Shown: positions 1 to 12,559 of the stretch, piece after piece | Numbering within the stretch: the stretch's first letter is position 1 | Layout of the letters: every line of letters begins with the position of its first letter | Assembly (NCBI GenBank): GCA_950097015.1 | Contig: CATNEN010000007.1 | Coordinates: 8,680,001-8,744,000, forward strand | Direction of reading: 5' to 3' | DNA: 64,000 nucleotides | DNA from: Macrostomum hystrix | Taxonomy: Eukaryota; Animalia; Platyhelminthes | Notes under the pieces: generated by a model | What the model saw: only the letters and a program-made list of their open reading frames with translations | What the model was told of the DNA's origin: nothing | Databases searched by the model: none | Program-made: the position numbers and the translations under genes

Positions 1-196
1 TGATGGTCTTCTACTTAAGCTCATGCATTTATAACGGGGTGCTTAATTGCTCAAGAAATCGCGATCAATATATCAATAAATATTGATAGACTCTCGTACT
101 TTGCAAGATTAATAAAAATTTTGTCAATAAAATCAAATAACAATAATCTGATTTCTATGTAGATTCATATTAAGCCGAGGAAAGGCAGAATGTGCA

Positions 197-960
197 TCAC
201 AGAAAGCCGAAAGCGATCAGCTCGCAGAAGGTGAGATATCCGATAAGCCGATTGGTCACTCGGAGCCTCCGGCCGCGCCGGTTGCAGCTGAAGTTCCGCG
301 CAGAGAAGGCAGTCGCCGTGGTGAAGTCAACGCAGGTGACGCCGTCCACAGCGATGGTGAAGCTGTTGAGCCGCTCCGGACAGCAGTCGCCTCGGTTGTA
401 AACTGCCACCTGCGTGATGAAGGTCTCATCGGATGTGCCAGCCTCCCACCACTGACTGTCATCATATTCGGAGCAGAAACAACTCGAAAACGACCGTGAC
501 AGGTTGCCATCAATGGCTTCGTCCCAAAGATTGCTTCTATTCAAACTTTTGGAACTCTGCGCACAGCTGGAAAGGTGCAGCTTTCGTTCACCTGAGGATT
601 GATGTTGATAGCAAATAATGATCTTCGGATCTGTCCCCCTAATTTTCAACTACAACTATTTCCACCATGACTTTGTGGTGAGTGGCGCCTTCTCCAAACT
701 GACCGCGTACTTGGAAGTCCAGCTTTCTGTGCACTGCCTTAGCGGGCCCAGTCGCAGAGGTTGCGACCTTGTCGGGCAGCAGCAGGTGGCACTCGGAGCC
801 CGTGAACCGAGCGCTGGCGCACCAGCCCCTGGCGGCGGCTGCTCAGCTGCAGCTCCGCAGCGATGCTGGATCCTGCTGTCTCGAGCCAGAGTGAGCCCAC
901 GTATTGGCTCAGGACACCCCACAGAGGCAGCGCCAGGATGACAAGCAGCTTCGGTGACAT
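197..960 (-). CDS. Secreted F-type lectin (fucolectin/FTP domain) with a short N-terminal PAN/apple-like segment; 2 exons (960-704, 591-197); apparent 1-nt frameshift near 828-832
   Basis: Signal peptide MSPKLLVILALPLWGVLSQ from the ATG at 960. A phase-1 intron GTCAGT..cctcAG (703-592) joins in frame. Exon 2 has AIDGN...SQWW...VYNRGDCCPERL...YLTFCEL, typical of FTP domains. Confidence 0.75.
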
Positions 961-2333
961 CCTGCTGAGCAGCATTTGAGAACAGATTGTTTGCTTCAGT
1001 TGGCTTTGTCAATGCGTGAAGCAAGACCCACGTATAATTGGGTCATCTCTCATCCAAAAAATTAATCGTGGTCTTTTGCAAGGCGTGAACTCTTCCCTGA
1101 TTGGCTGGTCCCGTTGCCCAGTTGCTTGTTCTTGAGAAGAAGAAGACACCTTTCGTGCTTTCTAGTAACTTAGAAACGAAAATATCTAGAATCTGTATAT
1201 GGTTCTGGTATTATTGATGAGAAATAAAATATTAATTGGATTGGATTTAAAAAGGTTAAAATGCATTCATCGTGTGTTCTTTTATTCAAAACTGTCTGCA
1301 AGCCAAAAGATTACACCAAAGCTTTGAGCACCGCTGTTAGCTCGTATTTAAGCTTAAAAGTAACATCTCCGTGCATTTCTTGCTTGAGAAAATTATACAG
1401 TGAGTGACAATGCACTTGAGATAAAATAGCATAACAACAATTTAAATTGATTTTTCAATACTTTGCATACGCTCGTACTCTCCGCTGCATGATATGCTAC
1501 TATCGGAATAGTAGCTTACGCGTTTAACAGTAGAAATACCACGCCATTTTCCCCCCTGGGGAAAGAACGCAGGGGTATACCCACTGCCCAATTCACAATA
1601 GCTCCCACCACGAGATTTTCGGCGATTCTAGTCGAAGACCCGAGTGACAAGGACAACTGACATTTCTCTGTATAAACTTATTTCGCAAATCCATATCGGT
1701 TTAAAAGTGTATAAATTAACAATATAATCAATACAATATAGTCACAGTAGCCGACATGATTAAATGATAAAACTTTGTGGGCAGAAAATTTTTGCCTACT
1801 TTTGTGGTTCTTGCCACCGATACCCGACGAGAATCCTTGAATATCTCGACAATGCCGATGTTTTGTGATTTATCGTTCTTTCATGGAATAGCGCCGAAAC
1901 TTCTAGCCCGTGTTCTGGATTTTCAAAGCGATTGAATATCTTACGAGATACAGAAAACTGAGGGTTTTGTAATTCCCCTTTGGTCTTTCTAATTTTTATT
2001 CTATCGGGAATTATATGAACCAATGACTGCATTTGCCTTCGCGCTGTACTTCAGGGCACAGAACGAACTGTAATCAGTTGGTCAACATGTTTAGTTGGAC
2101 AAATATTGGACAGAATCAAATATCTGAGAATTACTTGGCGCTGGACTAAACAAGCGAAGTTAGAATAAGTACCGTTAACGCCTACTACAATTGCAATATG
2201 CAAATAAGCATCGTTACATTGATTTGTGAGCAAGAGAAAGTTGAGTAGTTGGTCATGTAATATTCGTGCGAAAGCAGCACATGATGGCAGAATGCATGGA
2301 AATGTAAAAATTATCTGGGAGTCGATCATTCAA

Positions 2334-5300
2334 TCAATCAAAGATTCTCCTCCTCAGCCCCTCCTTGAGACGGTTGAGAACTGGTTGGTGGTTCAACTTC
2401 TCAAAGAGCACCTTTCGAAGTTTGGAATCATCACAATGTCCAAGAGACATGGCCAGTTCCTGAACGTCCGCATCGTCTCGGTGAGCCACATCCAGAATCC
2501 AGTGCCGAGCAGCCGCATCATCGGGGGTCAGCTCGAGGATCAGTCCGTGCACCACGGCATCAAAGTTAATGTAGAAGGTTGCGTTTGTTTCGTAGCTTTC
2601 CACATCAAATGGCAGGTACTCGGCCATCCACTTGGGAAGAAACGGAAGGGATGGGCGTTGGTCAAGACGAAAGCAGAATTTCCAGGCTGAGTCGTGGCTT
2701 GTCAAATAAGACCGCACAAACAGATCAGTTGCTTCTGAAGCTAATCTACCAGCAATCCAGGAGATGCCTCTACTGACCTCGTGACCTCGGCAGACAGTCA
2801 GCGCTTGAATAGCTTCGTCTCGATGACCTAGTTTGAGACATGCGAGCGCTCTCAGAGCAACTCGTGCCGAACGGGCGCAGTCTGGTAGCCGGCCAATGAT
2901 TTGCGCGAGAGACTCCTGCAAGTCAGGACTGCAGGCTGGCTGAGATAGGCGAAGCAGCGATTCTCTGACCACATCGTAGATTTCATGGTACTCCAAGTCT
3001 GATTGGCTTCGGATGTGTGCGCATCGAAGCTCAGGTAGAATTTGAAATGGGTGGAAATAAAATGTGCCTCTCATGCAGACAGGTCTCAGGCTGAATTTAA
3101 ATTTGATCAGAATCTGCGGTAGCTCGTGGATGACATCCCGCAGAGTTTGAATGGCGCTGTGAAATATTTGCTTCATGGCTTGAGCACTCTTAGGTGCTAC
3201 ACCTTTCATGTACAGGGCGGTATCGCAAAGGAAAAAGTGATCCATTATGCGACCATTGGCATTGCTGTCAGTGCAGTTGCTCTCCAAGCTATGCAGCAGC
3301 ATCTGCAGTGATTGCCTAGTGAGATTTGTCAAATTTTCCGGCCTCCAATCTTCCAGCGGTGTCCCTTCAAGCATTCGAAATAGCACCGTCTTCGCGTGAT
3401 AAGCCTTCAGTCCCTGCACATTATAACCGCTGTTGTGGCTGATTACCTTTTTTATCAGGTACTTAAGCACAATAAACAGCTGTCCTTGCAGGGTGGTGAG
3501 ACTTCGCAAAAGCCGCTTCTCTAAAAATGTGGTGCTGACTCGGAGCTGCTCACCTGCCTGTCCAGGAGGTGCGGCGTGGACCACATGACAGAATGAGGTG
3601 CTCAGTTCCGTGCGAAGTGCATGCAAGACATGTTGAGGAAACTTTGAAACGCACACTCGACTTGGTAGCAGGGGCGCGATCGGAGGGTAGCAGCAAAGGC
3701 GACAGGCGTCGACTTCGTCCACAGCAGGTCTTAGCGGCGTTCCACTCGATGGCTTTGCGGGACTCGAAGCTGAAATGCAGAGACCATTAATTGTCAATCA
3801 AAATTGGCAAGATTATCTTCTGTTACATTTTTGTGAAAGTCTTACCAAAGCCGGCGCACAAAATGTGACCATCTTTGTATTCCACCAGCTCAGACTGTTC
3901 GACTCCATGACACTTGCAGACTCCTTTCAGGTGATAAATTCTGCCCTGAAGTAGCTTCATTACATCTATGTCTGATTCGATATCTGTTTTACCATCGAGG
4001 CTCACTAAGTTATTTCCCCAGGCTTCTGAATAGCTGCCCACGATAAAAATTCCTTCAAAGAAGTCGCGTCTGTTCACCAGAATCTTTTGCAAGACGTCTG
4101 CTACCGCAGCTTGCATTGCGGCTCTAGACTCCACGAAGCCTGCATCGTTGAGGGCTGAGTGCAGCTGAAGGCCCTGCTCTGTGTCGCTGAGCACAGACCT
4201 AAAATAAAACATTTTGAGGAGAACACATAGCACAATACAAAGGCAGTTCTGCATTAAGTTTTTTTTCCCAACAATCAGCTTCTACAAGCAGTGGATGATT
4301 ACATAATTCTGTGTGCTAAAGATATTATGGGCTCACCCCATTCGTGCAGAAACAAAGACATTGTGGGGAAGAACAGAGCCTCCTCTGACTGCATTCCCGC
4401 TTTTTTCTGTCATTCCATTTGTTAGTAGAGTTACAATATCACGATGACCATTGTGTTTCGCAATGAATACAGGCGACTCGCCAGTGACTGTTGAAATAAA
4501 AGCGTCCGCTGCTGCATTGAGTAGCAACTTAACCACTCGGCGGTGGCCATTCTGTGATGCAATATACAGTGGTGTACAGTTCTCGTCGTCTTTAACATTG
4601 ACGTCCACTTGCGCCTCGATGAGCCAGTCCACAAGTCGATGGTGACCGTTCTGGGCTGCTATGAACAGAGGCGATAGCCCAGTGTTCGTTTGGAGATTGA
4701 CATTGGCCTGCGCCTTCTTGAGTAGTTTGAACACTTGACAATGCCCTAGTTGTGACGCTATATATAATGGCGTCCCTCCTTCGATTGTCCTCCGATCGAC
4801 ATCGGCCTGAGCTTTAATTAGCGAATCAACGATCCTATGGCTGCCTTTTTGTGCGGCGATGTACAGAGGCGACGCTCCTAGATTCTGCTGAAGATTTACA
4901 TCCGCCTGCGCATTGATGAGCAAGTCAACCACGCTATTGTGACCGTTAACAGATGCAATGTAAAGGGGTGTCTCACCGCTCTTTCTGTGAATATTGACGT
5001 CTGCCTCCGCTCTGATGAGCAGCTTTACCAACTCGTGATGTCCATTTTGTGATGCCATGTACAAAGGAGAAGCACCAAGGCTTGTTTGAATGTTTACGTT
5101 CGCTTGTGCTGCTATTAGTGACTCGACAACTTTTCGATGCCCATTTTGACAAGCAATGTAGAGTGGTGTAGCTCCGTCTGGAGTTTGTAGATTGACATCA
5201 GCATTAGAGTTGATAAGTAAATCTACGACTTCAGCGTTGCCGTGTAGCGAGGCGATGTAGATAGGTGAGACTCCATCTTTGGATCTCAGATTAACATTTG

Positions 5301-6389
5301 CTTGCGCTCTGACGAGCAAGTCCACGATTCGAGTTTTAGCTGTGAAGGAGGCAGTATAGATCGGCGAATCGCATTTTTTTTCTGAATGTTTGGATCCGCA
5401 CCAGCTTGAATGAGGAGCTCCGCGACTTCTAGGTGATCACTTTGGGATGCAATGTACAGAGGCGAGTCACCTGCTTTCATGGTCAGTTCGATATTTGCCT
5501 GAGCTTCAATGAGCACTTTTACTACCAGCGGATGATTGAAATATGCTGCGACAAAGAGAGGCGAGAGCCCATCAGACGTTTGGACATTGACATCTGCTTG
5601 CGCTTTGATGAGCGCGTCCACAACTTGGTGATGGCCGTTCTGCGCCGCGCTATAAAGTGGCGTTACACCATCGGCTGTTTGAGAGTCTACGTCAACAAGT
5701 TGTCTTAGCAGTGCGCACACCACTCTGAGGTGACCATTCTGTGACGCTATGTTTAGAGGGGCTGCACCACTTGTTGTTCTGCAGCTGACATCAGCCCGTG
5801 CCTCAATAAGCAGATCCACAGTTCCTTGATGCCCTCCTTTCGAAGCAATGTATATCGGTGAAGCTCCGGCGCTTGACTTAAGGTTTATATCCGCTTTCAT
5901 TTTGATAAGCAATTTCACCACTTCATGATGGCCCCCCATCGAAGCCAAATAAATCGGCGTGCATCCATCTTCGTCTTTTAAATTGATATCAGACTTCTCT
6001 AAAACTAGCATATCGACGACTTCAAATTGTCCCATCATGCACGCGACTTGTAAAGGTGAAAATAGTTTTCCTGAAGCCGAACGAAGCATTCCATCTGCCG
6101 GCATACCACTATCAATCAGCTCTTTGACAAAACCTTTATTTCCTGTTGCAATTGCTAAAATAATCTGACGGTCTGTTGGCTGCCTCTCATCACCGCCTCT
6201 CCTTGCAGTAAAGCCAGCAGCTTGCATCAGAAACGACACAATAATTTCTAGGACTTGCAGCATTCCGTAGCTCATAATATGGCGGATCCGTTTTCGATAT
6301 TGCGTTGTAAGCTCTGAAGCTGTGAAAGCCACACTGTGTGATTTCAGTTGGTGGCTTATTATAATAGATACAATGTACTGTTCAGGCAA
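2334..6389 (-). CDS. Ankyrin-repeat (about 18) + Mab-21/cGAS-like (cGLR) nucleotidyltransferase fusion; exons about 6389-4337, 4198-3846, 3769-2334; 1-nt frameshift at 5374-5381; true start uncertain
   Basis: Repeated T/SPLYIASQNGH..VV.LL....ADVN units. GT-AG introns 4336-4199 and 3845-3770 both keep the frame. Pol-beta NTase motif VGSYSEAWG...SDIDVM. Mab-21 motifs LRVSTTFLEKRLL, LKYLIK, LKAYHAKTVLFRMLE..P..DW and MDHFF. Confidence 0.88.
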
Positions 6390-6654
6390 GCAGTATTTTT
6401 TCTGGAGCTTGCATAGACCCTAACATTTCGAGCTACTCGGAACAAAGTCAAAATTTTTCATGTCGCTATTAGAAAAGCTAAATAAACTTATTAATTTATA
6501 TAGTATATTGTAAACGTATATAACACTAATACTTTCTGTAGTAATAACTTATTATATAGTACTCGGACAGTATTAAATTAACTTTGTTTTATTTATAAAG
6601 CGTAATCTAAAAACACCTTAAAATTCTTCCGTTCAGCGCTAGCTTATCTCATAA

Positions 6655-8640
6655 CACATTATTATTACTAATAAAACGCGCACGCCATATATGGGTGCTT
6701 GTTTGTTTTCTTTTATATATTTTTTTATAAAAAATATATTTTACTGGAAAACAAAAAAACATAAAAAGCGAAGTTTTGTAGGATTCAACCACAGATAATA
6801 TATAACAGTTATATATTATCTGTGGATTCAACTATTGAGCTGGGAAGGGAAAAGCAAAAGCAAAGGTATTAAAAATAAGAGCAGTAAAAAACAAGGGACA
6901 CCAGGGATTAAAAAATATGAAATAAATATTGTTAAATGTTAATACGAGCTCGTAGCTTCAGGGCAGCTGTTACCTTATTTTAGAGATTTCTATGATATAT
7001 TTTGCTAAAGCTGCAGTGGTTTCCCTATCGTCCTGGGCCATTATGTAGTTAGATTTCTCTTCTGCTGTTAAGGATGTGAAATTAGGAGGAAAAATTTTCC
7101 AGAAAATATCTATACATATTATAACTGCACTTAAAAAGGAAGTGGACCTAATTTTCAACTTCCGTTTTGCACATACTACATAATCTATTGACATACGGAA
7201 TTTTCGGTCTCGCAGTTCGCAATGTTTCGCAAGCTAGCTTATGGTTATCCTAGTTTAAAGGAGGATATGGTACATCTCAACTCTGAGTTGTATATTTGTT
7301 GTAAATATTTTTCGGCTGAATTATATCGCTTAAAGGAGTAATAGAAGTGTCTTAGCTTGCTTGAGTTCTGTGTCCTTTGTCTCCAATGGGTATCGAACTG
7401 AGAAACGAATTTTTTCCTATGGTTTCTAATTGCTTTTGCAGGACTAATGCCTCTGCAATTAGTCCTGTATGTTGTTAGGTCCGCTAATAACTTGAAAATT
7501 ATGGAGTCCGGCCGGCTTGTTATGGAGGCCAAGTATGAAATGCTTCTTTTCTGGATGTTGTATAATAAAGGCAATCTGCATAACTCTGAGCGGGCCCCGT
7601 TGCCATCTGTATTTTGGCTGACTTGTAGTATGGCTTTACAGCACCTGATGCTTACCCTTTCAAAAAGACAGCGGTCCCAAGGACCCAGGTTCCACGAGAC
7701 AAAAGCCCCCCAGGCCTCGGAGGCGTACAGAGCTATGCTTTCTATCATTGCTGTGCATGACAGCATGAGCTTATTGTAGTGTATCTGATCGCCCCATGGC
7801 TAGCTAATTTCCATAAGAGAAGAATAGGATATCCACATTTTTTGTTAATCTCTGTGGCATGGGAATCCACGGTTCCTTTAGAATTGATGTGAAAGCCAAG
7901 ATATTTCCATTCTTTGACGCCATCTAACAGTTGTCCCTGCAGAAATAGTTTGTTAGCCGTCTTTGATGGGTCAGGGCAACAGCTAATAACCTTAGTTTTC
8001 GCATATCGATTTCTATAGCTTGTGGTTCTGACAAAATTCTGACAATTTGTCGAGGCCCTTCTGCAGCTCTCGTGGATTCTCTCCAAAGATAACAAGATCA
8101 TCGCAGTACAGCAGTACTGATTTGTTCATTCTTCATTTGTTCATGAAGGTGTCGCTGCGAAATGAATCCCTTAGCATTGTGCTCAAAGGATCTATATAGA
8201 GTGAGAAGAGTAGAGGGGATAGGGGACAGCCTTGTCTCACTCCATTTGTTCTGTTTCTTGCCTTAGTTGCTTGGCCATCTGAGACCTTCAGTAGAAATTT
8301 AGCTCCTGATTACATGCTTTGTATTGCTTCGACTATTTCTGGGCTGACCTTTAACTCCCTAAGTCGTTGAAAAAGTGTTTGCTGGTGGACCATGTCAAAT
8401 GCGCTTTTTAAGTCAGAGAATACTTAGTGAAAGGGTCTTTTGCGATGCTTTTTACTGTGGATCAACGTCAAGAGAGTGGCAATGTGGTCTGAAGTTCGGT
8501 AGCCCTTTCTATTTCCTATTTGACTGGCTGAAAGCAAGTCGAGGGTGCGAATATGAGTTTCTAGCTTTTCATAGTTAAGTGAGGCAAACAGGCGAGCCAG
8601 GGCAGGCAGCACGCTTATGGGTCTTTAGTTTTTAGGATGT
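6655..8640 (-). mobile_element. 5'-truncated, degenerate non-LTR retrotransposon (RT + C-terminal part), same family as the LINE at 35360-38995
   Basis: Peptides nearly identical to the + strand LINE (SASQIGNRKG.RTSDHIATLL; YASEAWGAFVSW; GARSEL.RLPLLY). LLYCDDL at about 8095-8115. Shared 3' GCACCCA..GGCGTGC stem-loop followed by a (TAA)n tail. Confidence 0.9.
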
Positions 8641-9479
8641 GCGTTAAACACTTGGTTAGGTTGTCCGCGATGTCAGCGATTCGAAGCATTATAGGTTATC
8701 TATATTAACTCTGATTTCCCCGCTTTTAGGTTACGATAGATTAAAATACAGTTATACACTACAATTTTTTTATAATTTGAATTCAAGCCATTACTTTTAT
8801 TCTGTTAATGGCTAAGTTGCGGAACGTCACTATATGGCATTTTCAACTTTTCTCTTGTTTTTCGAGTAGAAAATAAGCTTTATATGGCACCTCTCAACGA
8901 ATAATTTGCACATATATTAATGAAAGGCATTAATAACTTCTCAGAAGACAAAACACCTAAATTCCAAGATACCGAATAATAATTTTCATTTACAATTTTC
9001 TTCTACGAGCGTATATGTGTTTTTGCATTCTTACATTTCATCTGCTTCAAACTTCGCTTCACTTTTTTTCTGCTTAAAAAATAACAAAACTGCAGTTTAT
9101 TTGGTTAGAATTTGTCATAAATCACAAATATTACTTGTATAAAAAACAATTAGCGCCTTGCTAAAACTTTCTATCCAGGCGTTCGGAAAAGTTTATTTTC
9201 GAGAATTATATATGGATGAACTGCGATACTTAACTGTTAGCCATGGGAGATAAAAAGAGAAAAAAAATATCAAGAATGGAGAGAAAAAACAGGAAAAACA
9301 ACAACCAACAAAAATTGGTATAGGATATATTATGTTTCATTTTAAGCTTAGAAGCGGAAATCAATCAAACTGGGGGAATTAGTGCAGCGTCGGGAACCGG
9401 TGGCTCGGTGAACACTGAGTCAACCTCGAATCAGCTCTGGGACTGGTGGCTAGGCTCGCAAAATGCAGGGATTCGGGGG

Positions 9480-11910
9480 CTAGGAGTCAGAGGGACTGTG
9501 CGTGGACTCCAGCGTCTTAATGAATACCCGGGTTGCGTCCTGCAGCTCCTGACTGGCGTTCTGGTGCCACTGTTTGAACGAGTCCTCGCAGATGATTGTG
9601 TTTTCAAGGTAGATAAAGAATAAGTCGTTTATTAAACCTGAAAAGCGAAGATGGGGTGAGTGAATGGTCGTCAGCACAACTTTAATTTGAGAATTCCAGC
9701 ACGCACAACTGTGAAAAACCGAATGTACTCACTGAGTGAATAGTCGGCATCCATCACGGTTTCGCATGTGGCGCTGAGAACCCACTGCTGTTGCTGCTCC
9801 TGGGTCTCGATGTGTAGCATAAGGACCGGCTTAACCAGAAGGAACATGCCTTTGTTCAGTTTTTTTTTCTCTGGAGTTGCAGAAAAGCGGCGCCGAGCGA
9901 GAGATAAGTAAAACAGAAGATAAGTGGGGAGAACATTTTTCGAGATAAAACAGCAAACTCTGAATAATATCAAGAGCAAGAAGCAACTAGAAATGTTTAT
10001 TCTAAACGCTCGAAAGACATACATAATCTTAATTTTCTTTATCTATCTGCAGGTAGTATGGACATATCCGACCCTCTTTACTCACGAATGCAGCTGCGAC
10101 AGACGCTGCGCACGAGAACCTGCATAAACTTGCGGGTCTCCAACAGCTTCTTGTCCACCTCCTTCTCAATGATGGCTATTAGCTCTTCGGACAGCAGATC
10201 CTTAGTTGATGGCTGATCATCTGCGGAAATGATCTTGCGCTCGATCTGTTCGCCCACTGCATCCAGGGACAGGGGTGATGGCGACATCGGCGTCTCCTGC
10301 AGCGTGAACTCGAGCTTGTTGACAGCCACGAAGTCAGCGGCAGCGGCGGCGTCAGGCAACTCCAGCAGGTTGTGCCAGACGATGCCCGCCTCCCTGAAGG
10401 CGGCGCCAACGCGGTCGTGGCCGAGCCACCCGCTGGCCAGGTGCAGCGCCCGCGAAAGAATCTCGCCGCGAAGAGGTCGCCGGCTCGAGTCGCGCAGCTC
10501 GGCGGGAATCTTCAGCAAAAGCTGCTGCACGCAGGGCAGGTAGGAGGCCGCCTTCTGCACGAATGAGGAGAAAATCTCGCCCAGGTAGCTGGACAGAAGC
10601 GGGAAGTCCGACAGGAAATCCTCCGCCATCTCCATAATGGGCGAAAACCTGCAGGAGACAGGAGGTTCATGGGGCAGCTGGTCATTTGAGTGGCACATTT
10701 AGAGATGATTCTACTCATGGGTTTGTGAAGGGTTAATGCTATCCATGTGAACGTAGAGCTAAAAAACTAGAGATCCCAAGATTCATTCCAGTCTGACGGA
10801 CTCACCCCTCAATGAGGTCCTTGGTGCTGAGCAGGTCGCTGTTCAACAGCTCGAACAGCAACTGGCCGCCGCGCTCTCGCAGCTCCTTGCTGTTCTCATT
10901 CAGCAGGTGCTCCGCGTTGGCCTCGACAAACACGCTGACTTGTGGATGCTGAGCGATTTCAGCGAAGCTGGCCTTGGTGTCCTGCGGATGCGCGAACGAA
11001 TGAATTGTACTGTAATAATAATTATAGAATAACAATATTCGTAGGGGCTGTGGGCCCTGGCGCACTCTCACTGTGCCTTAATTTGACTTTCATAGGAATA
11101 CACTACCATGAACGTGGCCTCGCTGCGGATTCGCGCTTAGAGACCTGGTGCTACAGTCAGACGCGACAACACTCTAGCACTCAAACCCTATCCCAAAACA
11201 TACATTTAAGACCTAACTGGTTCGAATCTCTTCCATATTAGCCCGCTTAGTTCTTATTAAAAAACAAATCGGCTGGTTAAAATGAGTCATCACTACCTCA
11301 AGCGAGCAAAGCGACCCGAGCCACTCCATCATGATATTCTTGCTTCTTCTTTCCAGGACATCGCGCGGCATGACTGGCGTTTCAATAGCCCGCGCCGGCA
11401 ACTCCACGCTAGACTGTGACCGCGGCATCTTGCCAGAGGCCGCCAGAGCTGCCACAGTCGGCTGCTGCAGTGGTGCATCCCGATGGGGCGAGGCGTCGCG
11501 GCTTGTTCCGCGGCTGGCGCTGGACTCGCGAGAATTCTTTTGGCTGCCGAATCTGCAATAGCGGAGTCAGTGGCACGGAATTGAGGGAATCAGAAAGCTT
11601 AAGCAGTAACGGTCTCTAAGGTTCACAATGCTAGATTTTGGCCCAACACCAAAATGACATTAAACCCGATAAACGATCAAGCGACAGTTTCCTTACTTTG
11701 GCGTGCCACGGCCCCCGTCTTCCTTGCCACCTGGTCTTGCTTTAGCAACGAAGGACGGCCGTTGCGGTCCCAGACGGGTCTGGGCTTGGCCTTGCTCCTG
11801 GCTGCTGCCGATCACCATCTTGCGCGCGTCCATCTTCTGCGCCTTGCGCGTGGTTGTAACCGCCGTCCACTCGCTAGTGGTCGCAGCGGCGAGCTGCTGC
11901 TTCTGCAATC
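9480..11910 (-). CDS. EIF4G: eIF4G-like C-terminal exons (linker, MA3 domain, W2 domain)
   Basis: ERRSKNIMMEWL...EIAQHP..SVFVE...RERGGQLLFELL...GFSPIMEMAEDFLSDFPLLSSYLGE (MA3) and LFFIYLENTIICEDSFKQW (W2). Exons are flanked by GT/AG (ctcac/cttac and ctgc on the + strand). Confidence 0.85.
11010..11185 (-). mobile_element. Truncated tRNA-derived SINE (family A) in an eIF4G intron
   Basis: Shares ccaggtc.ct.ag..cga..ccgca..gaggccac.tt and aaggcacagt.a.agt motifs and an (ATT)n tail with copies at 13145, 26810 and 41283. Confidence 0.55.
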
Positions 11911-11969
11911 AGATTGTAATCATAAAAGCAGCTCAAAAATCATGAAAGCCGAAGCTCCACGATGCGCTA

Positions 11970-12010
11970 TAACAGGTAAAGGTAACAGGTATTACAGGTA
12001 ACAGGTAAAG
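11970..12010. repeat. (ACAGGTA/AAAGGTA)n short repeat, probably the 3' tail of a minus-strand retroelement remnant extending to about 12300
   Basis: aacaggtaaaggtaacaggtattacaggtaacaggtaaag. Confidence 0.4.
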
Positions 12011-12559
12011 AATTGCAGTGAAATTAACGCCTCGATAGCAGTGGTCGGTTACCTCTGGCCGTCGGGTACTTGAATCCGTTCCCCTAGCGCCTTCGAAACC
12101 CTAACAGCCCACCTGTCTTATCTCTCCCGTGTCTGAATCCCCATTCAATCCGTTTTGCTGTCAACTTTCGTAGAAAGATAATTTAGTTAAGTACGATCGC
12201 AGCTTACAATGCTTACTTATTGACTGATTCTCACACGCTCACACTAAATCCTAAATAAATAAATTGAAAGAAGGGGCTGATCGTCAGAGCGTATAGTATT
12301 GTGACCAAGTAGCATTGTGAAGCAAGTAGCATTGTGAAACTAGATACCAAAGTGGTAGAGATTAAGCAGGATTTCAAACTGCACTAGTTCGCTAACGAGT
12401 ATAAAATGCGTAGAGAAAGTAAAAAACTGTTTATCCTGTGAATGCCATCTTGACATTTTTATTTCGACACTCACGGGACAAGTCTGTGAACTTCTCCACG
12501 ACTGGTTGAGCATTGATGGCCCTCCGAGCTCGCATCGCGCGCCCTGAACATCACCATGA

